NCBI GenBank assembly: GCA_049972095.1
Contig: JBMFKQ010000001.1
Span: forward strand, 19,319-83,318
Direction: 5' to 3'
Length of the DNA stretch: 64,000 nt
Source: Elusimicrobiales bacterium
GTDB taxonomy: Bacteria > Elusimicrobiota > Elusimicrobia > Elusimicrobiales > UBA9959
Both the position numbers and the translations under genes were made by a program. Below the pieces are notes generated by a model. The model did not search any database, was not told the DNA's origin, and saw only the letters and a list, made by a program, of their open reading frames with translations. Below, piece by piece: positions 54,472 through 62,569 of the stretch. Every line of letters starts with the position of its first letter. The first letter of the stretch is position 1.

Positions 54472-54691
54472 GTAGAGTTATTTTGTAGATTAGGTTTTCA
54501 GATGAAATTTTTATTCTGTTTTCTGAAAGAAGCTTACCAACAGCCATATACATAATAGAGCTTGAGATTTTAAAGTTTGTTTTTATCTCCCAAGATGTTG
54601 CTGTTTTTAACGGTAGTGTGGCAAGATAGTTTTCGATATCTTTAGCAAGTTTTGATATCCTTTCGTGTATATAATTTTCATTTTCACTCAT
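54431..54691 (-). CDS. hypothetical small protein, possibly winged-helix
   Basis: 86 aa. 4-nt overlap with accB upstream, and its 3' end overlaps the annotated ftsK start. The segment SWEIKTNFKISSSIMYMAVGKLLSENRI looks like an HTH/wing, but this is weak. Confidence 0.3.
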   Translation of the reverse strand: MSENENYIHERISKLAKDIENYLATLPLKTATSWEIKTNFKISSSIMYMAVGKLLSENRIKISSENLIYKITLLAENLSSDAKTLQ

Positions 54692-55164
54692 AGTTTTTCA
54701 ATGACAAAAAGCACATCCCCCTCGTTCACAAACTTACCATTTTCAGCTATGCATTTAACTATTCTGCACTTAAACTCCGTTTTTATCTCATTGAAAACCT
54801 TCATTGCTTCTATAAGACATACTATACTATTAGCCTCAACGATGTCTCCCTCCCTCACAAATGGTGGGCTTGAAGGTGATGATGCTCTGTAAAATATGCC
54901 TGACATAGGGGATTTTATCGTCTCACCCATTATATCAGTCTTTTGCTCTGGTTTAGTTTGTTGATTTGGAGGTTGGGTAGTAGGCGTCTGTGAAGATATT
55001 GGAAGTATTTGAATCTGGGTTTTGGTTTTTCTTGAAAGCTTTATATAGCTATCACCATCACCTATTTCAACAAGATCGAGATTATTTTTTACCATAAAGT
55101 CGTAAACTTCCTTTATCTCGCTAAGGTAATTTTTTTCCGAATTTTTTTTCATCTCTTCCTCCAC
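54688..55164 (-). CDS. accB: biotin carboxyl carrier protein (AccB-type)
   Basis: IKSPMSGIFYRASSPSSPPFV, the biotinyl-Lys motif CLIEAMKVFNEI, and a Pro/Gln/Thr linker. Confidence 0.88.
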   Translation of the reverse strand: MEEEMKKNSEKNYLSEIKEVYDFMVKNNLDLVEIGDGDSYIKLSRKTKTQIQILPISSQTPTTQPPNQQTKPEQKTDIMGETIKSPMSGIFYRASSPSSPPFVREGDIVEANSIVCLIEAMKVFNEIKTEFKCRIVKCIAENGKFVNEGDVLFVIEKL

Positions 55165-55166
55165 TT

Positions 55167-57266
55167 TTAAAGTAGTATCCTTCTTGAAAGTCTTGGCCTT
55201 CCTGCATCATCTATATCTATTACCTTAACATCAACACTTTCACCAACCTTGAGAAGATCTTCAATCCTTTTTATCCTTCTATTGTCTATCTCTGATATAT
55301 GAAGAAGTCCAATCTTGCCTGGAATGATCTCAACAAATGCACCAAAATCTCTTATCTCAACTATTTTACCTCTATATACCTTACCAACCTCTACATCCTC
55401 GGTAATGGTTTGTATTATACTTTTTGCTTTGTCAATTGATTTTTGATCACTTGCCGATATGAATGCATATCCATCATCACTTATCTCAATAGTGGCACCA
55501 CTTTCCTCCATTATACCCTTTATAGTCTTTCCTCCGCTGCCTATAATAAGACCTATTTTTTCTTTTGCTATTGGCATCCTGCATATTTTCGGAGCAAACT
55601 CTGACACCTTCTCCCTTGGAGCTTTTATCTCCCTATCCATAAGATCAAGTATATAGTTTATTCCTCTTATTGCTTGTTCCATAGCTTTTTCAAGTATATC
55701 AAGAGGAATTCCACTTGCAAGCTTAACATCCATTTGAAACGCTGTTATTCCATTCCTTGTTCCAGCAAGTTTAAAGTCCATATCTCCAAAATGATCTTCA
55801 AGCCCTGCTATATCTGAAAGTATTGCATAATCTCCTTTTTCAGATGTTATAAGCCCCATTGCAATTCCTGCGCATGCTGCTTTCATTGGCACACCTGCAT
55901 CAAAAAGTGAAAGTGATCCACCACATACAGTTGCCATAGATGATGAGCCATTTGATTCAAGTATATCAGAAACAACTCTTATTGTGTATGGAAAATCTTC
56001 CTCTGATGGAATGAGGGGAAGAAGTGCTCTTTTAGCAAGATTACCATGACCTATCTCTCTTCTTGATGGCCCTTTGTCAGGTTTTATATCACCTGTTGAA
56101 AAGCCTGGAAAATTGTAATGAAGCATAAATCTATCAAGTGTTTTTCCTTCAAGTTCATCAAGTATTTGCTGGTCTTCTTGAGTTCCAAGTGTCGTAGTAG
56201 CTATTGTTTGTGTTTCTCCTCTTGTAAAAAGGGCTGAGCCATGGGCTCTTGGCAGATAGCCAACCCTTATTGATATTTTTCTTATTTCATCAAATTTTCT
56301 TCCATCTATTCTTTGCTTTTTATTAAGAACTATTTCTCTTGATATTTTATAGACAAGTTCATCTACAAGTGTTTTCACCTGATAACAAACCGTTGCGTCA
56401 TCATTAAATATTTGAGAGAATTTATCTACAAGCCCTTCAATAATTGATGATATTTTATCATTTATCATTTTTTTTGTTGGTCTATTCTCAAGAAAACTTC
56501 TCAATTCATTTTCTATAAGTGATATTTCGTTTTTTATCTCCTCTCTTATAACAGGAACTTCAACTTTAAACTTCTCAACTTGTTTTTTAGATGCAATCTC
56601 AATCTGCATATCGCATAGTTTTTTTATCTCATTTTTTGCAATTTTCATTGCATCTATAAGATCTGTATGAGGGACCTGTGATGCACCTCCCTCCACCATC
56701 AAGATATTTTCTTTTGTTCCTGCTACAACAAGCTCAAGTAAGGCATTTTTTCTTTCTTCAAATGTAGGATTTATAATAAAATTATCTTCAATTTTTGCAA
56801 TCCTGATGGCACCAACAGGACCGTTAAATGGTATATCTGAAAGCATCAGACACATTGAAGCTGAATTTATGGAGAGAACATCGCAATCTACTTCTCCATC
56901 AGTTGATAGAACCATTGATACTACCTGGGTTTCTGTATTATAGTAATCCGGGAAAAGGGGTCTTATTGATCTATCTGTTAATCTAGCTGCAAGTATTTCT
57001 TTTTCTCTTGGCCTTCCTTCTCTTTTAAAGAATCCACCAGGAATCTTTCCAGCTGCATAGGTTCTTTCTTTGTATTCGACTGTAAGTGGCACAAACTCAG
57101 GAGGTTCTGTTCTTGGTTTTTTCGCAGCAACACATGTGCTTAAAACCATATTATCACCTAACCTTATAATACAAGAGCCATTAGCTTGCTTTGCTATTAG
57201 TCCTGTTTCGAAGGAAATGATGTCTCTTCCTATTCTTCCTTCAATCTTTATAACTTCACTTTCCAT
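55167..57266 (-). CDS. pnp: polyribonucleotide nucleotidyltransferase (PNPase)
   Basis: 699 aa. Two RNase PH domains (DGR...RPL, GSSSMA), a KH domain (GSGGKTIK) and an S1 domain (GKIVEIRDFGAFVEI). Confidence 0.97.
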   Translation of the reverse strand: MESEVIKIEGRIGRDIISFETGLIAKQANGSCIIRLGDNMVLSTCVAAKKPRTEPPEFVPLTVEYKERTYAAGKIPGGFFKREGRPREKEILAARLTDRSIRPLFPDYYNTETQVVSMVLSTDGEVDCDVLSINSASMCLMLSDIPFNGPVGAIRIAKIEDNFIINPTFEERKNALLELVVAGTKENILMVEGGASQVPHTDLIDAMKIAKNEIKKLCDMQIEIASKKQVEKFKVEVPVIREEIKNEISLIENELRSFLENRPTKKMINDKISSIIEGLVDKFSQIFNDDATVCYQVKTLVDELVYKISREIVLNKKQRIDGRKFDEIRKISIRVGYLPRAHGSALFTRGETQTIATTTLGTQEDQQILDELEGKTLDRFMLHYNFPGFSTGDIKPDKGPSRREIGHGNLAKRALLPLIPSEEDFPYTIRVVSDILESNGSSSMATVCGGSLSLFDAGVPMKAACAGIAMGLITSEKGDYAILSDIAGLEDHFGDMDFKLAGTRNGITAFQMDVKLASGIPLDILEKAMEQAIRGINYILDLMDREIKAPREKVSEFAPKICRMPIAKEKIGLIIGSGGKTIKGIMEESGATIEISDDGYAFISASDQKSIDKAKSIIQTITEDVEVGKVYRGKIVEIRDFGAFVEIIPGKIGLLHISEIDNRRIKRIEDLLKVGESVDVKVIDIDDAGRPRLSRRILL

Positions 57267-57270
57267 AGCT

Positions 57271-57540
57271 TCATTTTCTCAAACCAATCTCACGGCTTAT
57301 CCTTGAGTATTCTTGGGGGTTATTTTTTTTAAGAAAGTTTATAAGACTTTTCCTTTTTGAAATCAATATTGAGAGAGTTCTTTTTGCACTGAAATCCTTT
57401 GGATTAGAGCTTATGTGATTCGATAGATAGTTTATCCTTTCAGTAAGAATTGCTATTTGAACAGCTGAATTACCACAGTCTTTTATGTTTTTAGCGAATC
57501 TCTCAATTATCTTTAACTTCTGTTCTTTTGTAATTGCCAT
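57271..57540 (-). CDS. rpsO: 30S ribosomal protein S15
   Basis: MAITKEQK...GNSAVQIAILTERINYL..H...NPKD..S.R.L. ATG 57540 lies 6 nt after GGAGGT. The tracked N-terminal extension is rejected. Confidence 0.93.
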   Translation of the reverse strand: MAITKEQKLKIIERFAKNIKDCGNSAVQIAILTERINYLSNHISSNPKDFSAKRTLSILISKRKSLINFLKKNNPQEYSRISREIGLRK

Positions 57541-57697
57541 AATCATACCTCCAAATACAAAATTATTATAACAAAAAAACACAATCTTTAAAACATTCCG
57601 ATAGTAGTATAGTGGATAATCTTGATAAATAAACATTTGATAGTTTTTTTCTAAAAAAGGTAGTATAATTTATTGTTGGATATTTAGAGAAAAGTGT

Positions 57698-58870
57698 ATG
57701 AATAAAAAGATAATTATTTTTACATCAGCAGTGTTTTTAGTTTTTTTGGTATTGATTTTTGTAATACATAAGCTTTCTACTATTCGTTATGATAATATGA
57801 TATTCAGAAGAAATTTCAGATTTGTTAGCGGCGTTTTCTCAAAAACGCTTGAGCATGAACTTATATCTGCAGGAGTCTCTTGCCAGGAGAGGTTCTTGAT
57901 AATAAAGGCTTTTGATAGAAAATTGGATTTTAAAACGCTTTCTGAGAATGATAGATACACAATAACATTTTCAACATCAGGTTCATTTGTTTCAATAGAT
58001 ATAGATAGGGGTGATACTCTTTATTCTGTTTCAAAGAGCAGTGGTGGTTACATTTTTTCTAAAAGAAACTCTCCTATAATACTCAGCACTCAATCGGTTA
58101 GTTCTACTGTAAAAAACACTCTTTGGGATTCAATGGTAGATGCAGGGGTCCCTGCTGATGTTATCCTTTATTATGCTGATATATTTGCATGGGACATTGA
58201 TTTTCTGACTGATGTTAGGGATGGTGATAGATTTGAGGTGATTTATGAAACAAAGAAGAATCACACAGGAAGGGTTATTTCAAGAAGGGTTCTTGCAGGT
58301 TATTATAATGGAGCAGTTACCGGTCAGAAGATTATGATTTTTTATAATGGGGATTATTATAATGAAGAGGGTGAGAGCTCAAAATCAATGTTTCTTAAAG
58401 CACCCCTTCAGTATAGAAGAATTTCATCATTCTTTTCTTACAAAAGGTATCATCCTATTCTTAAGTATGTAAGACCACATCTTGGTATAGATTATGCTGC
58501 ACCAATTGGTACTCCTGTTTCAAGCGTTGCTGATGGGATTGTTATATATAAGGGATGGAAAGCTGGATACGGGAATTTTGTTGAGATAAAACACGCAAAC
58601 TCCTATTTCACATCCTATGGGCATCTTTCAAGATTTGCTAACTCCATATATGTTGGGAAAAAGGTAAGACAGGGTGATGTTATAGGGTATGTGGGTATGA
58701 CTGGATTAGCGACAGGTCCTCATCTTGATTTTAGAATAAGACAAGGCATGAGATTTATAAATTATCTGAAAATGAAAAGAAGCTCAAATAAAAAACTTCC
58801 TCCATCTCAGGTAGCTGAGGTTAGAAAAAAAATCCTTGATTACTTTGGAAATTTGAACATTAAAATTTAA
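57698..58870 (+). CDS. M23-family (LytM-type) peptidoglycan metalloendopeptidase, membrane-anchored
   Basis: N-terminal TM helix. Catalytic motifs HLGIDYAAP.GTPV and GPHLDF. Confidence 0.88.
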   Translation: MNKKIIIFTSAVFLVFLVLIFVIHKLSTIRYDNMIFRRNFRFVSGVFSKTLEHELISAGVSCQERFLIIKAFDRKLDFKTLSENDRYTITFSTSGSFVSIDIDRGDTLYSVSKSSGGYIFSKRNSPIILSTQSVSSTVKNTLWDSMVDAGVPADVILYYADIFAWDIDFLTDVRDGDRFEVIYETKKNHTGRVISRRVLAGYYNGAVTGQKIMIFYNGDYYNEEGESSKSMFLKAPLQYRRISSFFSYKRYHPILKYVRPHLGIDYAAPIGTPVSSVADGIVIYKGWKAGYGNFVEIKHANSYFTSYGHLSRFANSIYVGKKVRQGDVIGYVGMTGLATGPHLDFRIRQGMRFINYLKMKRSSNKKLPPSQVAEVRKKILDYFGNLNIKI

Positions 58871-58930
58871 ATAAGGATTTTTATTTCCTTTGAGAATTTG
58901 AAAGTGGTAATCCCAGTTTATTATTAGGAT

Positions 58931-59464
58931 TCATATTATTTTAGAGATGGCTTTGTCAATCTCATCTTCATAGATTTTATCATACCCTGCCCAGAGCCTA
59001 TTAAGTGTATGGTCTTTGTTTAGAAGATATACAAAAGGAACACCAGATATACCATATCTTCTTGCAACATCCCTTCCATTGTAAGCAACCTTAAACTTTA
59101 AATTAAAATCAGCTGCAAACTCTTTTGCACTTTCAATATCTGGTTTTACTGATATAGCAACCACCTCAAGCCCTTTTGATGAGTATTTTTCATATATTGC
59201 TTCTATGAATGGAGCAGCTTTTCTACAGTAAGGGCAGTTTTCTGTAAAGAACATGACAAGAACAGCTTTCCCTCTAAGATCCTTGAGATCAACCTCATCT
59301 CCTGTATAGAGGGGAAGCTTGAAATAAAAATCTGTTTCTATATAGTCATTATCCTGAATCTGGGTAGTTGCTTTATTTTGTTGGTTTATTTTTTGAGTGT
59401 CACTTTTTTTTGAGCATGATAATGTAGTTGCCAGTGCTATTACAACTATGAAGACATTTTTCAT
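58931..59464 (-). CDS. TlpA/ResA-like thiol-disulfide oxidoreductase lipoprotein
   Basis: Lipobox TLSC. Thioredoxin fold with CPYC and GVPFVYLL. Confidence 0.8.
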   Translation of the reverse strand: MKNVFIVVIALATTLSCSKKSDTQKINQQNKATTQIQDNDYIETDFYFKLPLYTGDEVDLKDLRGKAVLVMFFTENCPYCRKAAPFIEAIYEKYSSKGLEVVAISVKPDIESAKEFAADFNLKFKVAYNGRDVARRYGISGVPFVYLLNKDHTLNRLWAGYDKIYEDEIDKAISKII

Positions 59465-59484
59465 ACTTCTCCTCCTTATCCCTT

Positions 59485-60684
59485 CTATTTTAACATTTTA
59501 TACAAGTGCCATAGAGCAGTATTAACTGCTGCTTTTTTAATATAATCTCTGCTGCGATTGGAAAAGATTTTTTTTGTTAGCTTAATTTTATCACCATATA
59601 CGCTGCATATAAAAACTGTTCCAACAGGTTTTTGCTGACTTCCTCCTCCAGGACCTGCTATACCACTTATTGATAAAGCACAGTCAGTGCTAAAAATCTT
59701 TTTAACATTCAAAGCCATTTCTCTTACTGTCTGTTCAGAGACAGCGCCGTACTTTGTAATTGTTGATTTTCTAACTCCAAGAATCTTTATTTTTATCTCG
59801 TTTGAATAAGCGTTTATTCCTCCTTTATAGTATGTTGAACTTCCTGGCACATCAGTTATTGTTGATCCAAGAAGTCCGCCAGTACATGACTCGGCTGTTG
59901 ATATTGTTAGTCTTTTTTTCTTAAGCAACTCGCCAACCTTTTCTTCAAGGGTTTGTGAGTCACAACTGAAGATAAACTCGCATGCAATTTTATGGATCTT
60001 TTTTTCTGCTTCTATAAGCTCTCTCTTGCTTTCTGATGTTATTGACAACTCACATATATTTGGACCTGCAAGAACTGTAGTTTGAAGCGAGGAGTATTCT
60101 TTTATATTTGGCATAATTAGGTTTTCAACCTCAGTCTCTCTTAAATCAGCAAACCTGAATCTCTTGAAAAAAATCTTTCTTCTACTTTTTAAAAACCTTT
60201 CTACATCATTCCACATTGGCTCCCATTCATTCCTCGGACCAGGAAGAAGTATGTATATCTTTTTTCCTTTTCTTATGACCTGGCCAAAAGCTGTGCCATT
60301 TCTATTTTCTATGAGCTTAGCGTTTTTGATGATAAGGCACTGATTTTTAAGATTTTGTTTGGTGTGAAAATCAGGATATCTTGATGATAAAAATTTCTCT
60401 ATTTTGGTAGAGTATATCAGAGGGGTGTTAAGAAACTCTGAAACTGCTTGTCTTGTAAGATCATCAAAGGTTGGACCAAGCCCTCCACACACTATGATTA
60501 TATGAGCTTCTTTTGATGCAAAAACTAAAGCATTTTTTATTGATTTTTTATCATCTAAAGCACTAATCTCACCTGAGAGAATTATCCCATTTTCTCTAAG
60601 TCTTGAAGCAAAAAGAGGAGAATAAGTGTTTGATTTAAAATTTAAAAGCTCACTTCCAACTGCTATAAGAAAAGCCTTTTTCAT
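59485..60684 (-). CDS. cinA: CinA-family protein (MoCF-binding domain + nicotinamide-nucleotide amidase PncC domain)
   Basis: IIAVGSELL, GGLGPT.DD, TAESCTGG and SGIAGPGGG motifs. Confidence 0.88.
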   Translation of the reverse strand: MKKAFLIAVGSELLNFKSNTYSPLFASRLRENGIILSGEISALDDKKSIKNALVFASKEAHIIIVCGGLGPTFDDLTRQAVSEFLNTPLIYSTKIEKFLSSRYPDFHTKQNLKNQCLIIKNAKLIENRNGTAFGQVIRKGKKIYILLPGPRNEWEPMWNDVERFLKSRRKIFFKRFRFADLRETEVENLIMPNIKEYSSLQTTVLAGPNICELSITSESKRELIEAEKKIHKIACEFIFSCDSQTLEEKVGELLKKKRLTISTAESCTGGLLGSTITDVPGSSTYYKGGINAYSNEIKIKILGVRKSTITKYGAVSEQTVREMALNVKKIFSTDCALSISGIAGPGGGSQQKPVGTVFICSVYGDKIKLTKKIFSNRSRDYIKKAAVNTALWHLYKMLK

Positions 60685-60783
60685 AATTTTATTTTACCAT
60701 TTTTGTAAAATTTGTATGTGGAATTTTCTTCCATATTTTTACAGCATCTTTGTCAAGTTTTTTGATAAAATTGGATTAGTAAT

Positions 60784-62424
60784 ATGAAGACGAAGTTAGC
60801 AGAAAAAAATTTAAATAGATATTTTATTATTTTGTTTATTGTTGTGGGTTTTATCCTGTATGCTAATAGTTTCCAAAATCAAATGTTTTGGGACGATGAC
60901 GATTTTATTCTTAAAAATAGATTTATCAAAGATTGGCGCTATCTTCCAAAATATTTTTCTGAAAACATTATTGCCGGCTCTGGTCTTTTAAGTGATTACT
61001 GGAGACCAATGCTTCTTATCATCTTCTGTTTAGAATGGCACCTTTGGAAGGATTGGTCTTTCGGCTACCATTTTGTTAATACCTCATTTCATATTATTAA
61101 TAGTATTCTTTTGCTCTTTATCCTTTTTTATATCTTTAAAAATCGCACCTTAGCTATTTTTACTGCTTTGGTGTTTTTAACTCATCCACTTCAAACTGAA
61201 GCAGTTACATATGTTTCCGGGTTAGGAGATCCTCTTTCAGTGTTTTTTATATTTCTTGGGATTTTGTTTTATCTCAAATTTAGAACCTCTCAAAAATCCT
61301 CACTAAAAAGTAATTTCTACTGCTTATCGCTTATAATGTATATTTTTGCTTTGATGTCTAAGGAGAGCGCTATTATAATGCCGGCACTTATTTTTATTGC
61401 CGATTTTTTATTTTTGACTTTTAAAAAGAAGTTAAAATCTATTAGAAAAGCAATCTTACCATTTCTTATAATAGCTGGTCTTTATATTTTACTACGAGCC
61501 ACAGTTTTAAATTTTAAAAATACCTTTAATCTTTATAATGAAGAAAATATTTTTACCTCAAACTTTCACATTCGCCTTTTTACTTTTTTTAGGGTTTTGA
61601 CTGTTTATTTTAGACTTCTTTTCTTGCCTTTTGATCTTCATATGGAGAGGAGTGTGGAGATTGCAACCTCTTTAAACTCTTTTTCGGTGATTTTCGGAGG
61701 CTTACTCTTTTTCGGTTTACTTGCTGTGGCTTTCACACAGTTTAGAGCTTTTCCAACTCTCAGCTTTGGAATATTTTGGTTTTTTATTGGATTAGCGCCA
61801 ACTTCAAATTTAGTTGTACCAATAAGTGGTTTACTCTATGAACACTGGCTTTATTTGCCTTTGGTTGGGATTTTTCTGATATTGTTTTGGTTAGGAGAAA
61901 TTATAGCTCAAAAATATGGGATAGAGAAAATTTTATTCGCTCTTTCAATAATTTTTTTAACCTTTCTTTCTGTTTTAACGGTAAATAGAAATAAAGATTG
62001 GAGTAATCCGATTACTTTCTACACTCAGACACTAAAATATGCTCCAAAAAGCTATCGTATAATTAACAATCTTGGAATGGCTTATGCTGATAGGGGAGAG
62101 CATCAAAAAGCCCAGGAGTTTTATAGAAAAGCAATCGCATTAGATCCTTCAAATCCGGTTGCCTATCATAATTTGGCTAATACCTATAAGGCAATAGGCA
62201 AGAAAGATTTAGCTATTGAAAATTTTAAGATAGCAATCTCCCTAAATCCAAGGTTTTTCTTTTCATATAATGCTTTATTAAGCCTTTATTTGGAGGAAAG
62301 GAATTACCAAGAAGCAAAAAAAATAGTTGAAAAATACCTTGAAATAGATCCGCAGAATCAAAGTATTAAACCATACATTAATTATCTGGAAGGTTTAATT
62401 GAATCTGAAAAGCGAAAAAGATAA
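60784..62424 (+). CDS. polytopic membrane protein with C-terminal TPR repeats (TMTC/PMT-like glycosyltransferase-C fold candidate)
   Basis: 546 aa, ~11 helices. The first loop carries FWDDDDF (a DD/DE motif like GT-C enzymes). The C-terminal ~150 aa contain three or more TPR units (NNLGMAYADRGEHQKAQEFYRKAIALDP, AYHNLANTYKAIGK...). Confidence 0.6.
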   Translation: MKTKLAEKNLNRYFIILFIVVGFILYANSFQNQMFWDDDDFILKNRFIKDWRYLPKYFSENIIAGSGLLSDYWRPMLLIIFCLEWHLWKDWSFGYHFVNTSFHIINSILLLFILFYIFKNRTLAIFTALVFLTHPLQTEAVTYVSGLGDPLSVFFIFLGILFYLKFRTSQKSSLKSNFYCLSLIMYIFALMSKESAIIMPALIFIADFLFLTFKKKLKSIRKAILPFLIIAGLYILLRATVLNFKNTFNLYNEENIFTSNFHIRLFTFFRVLTVYFRLLFLPFDLHMERSVEIATSLNSFSVIFGGLLFFGLLAVAFTQFRAFPTLSFGIFWFFIGLAPTSNLVVPISGLLYEHWLYLPLVGIFLILFWLGEIIAQKYGIEKILFALSIIFLTFLSVLTVNRNKDWSNPITFYTQTLKYAPKSYRIINNLGMAYADRGEHQKAQEFYRKAIALDPSNPVAYHNLANTYKAIGKKDLAIENFKIAISLNPRFFFSYNALLSLYLEERNYQEAKKIVEKYLEIDPQNQSIKPYINYLEGLIESEKRKR

Positions 62425-62526
62425 GGAAAAAGATGAATTTAATTTTTAAGTTGATTTGCAAATGTTTTGGTTTAGAAAATTAGCATTGCCTTTTAAGGTA
62501 TAAGACTAACTATAAATGTAAAAAAA

Positions 62527-62535
62527 TGATATAAT
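62527..62535 (+). promoter_or_regulatory. extended -10 promoter element (TGATATAAT) upstream of ppdK
   Basis: Perfect TGnTATAAT about 35 nt upstream of ATG 62570. AAGGAGG SD at 62556-62562. Confidence 0.45.
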
Positions 62536-62569
62536 TTAGTTATAAGCTTTATATCAAGGAGGATTAGTT

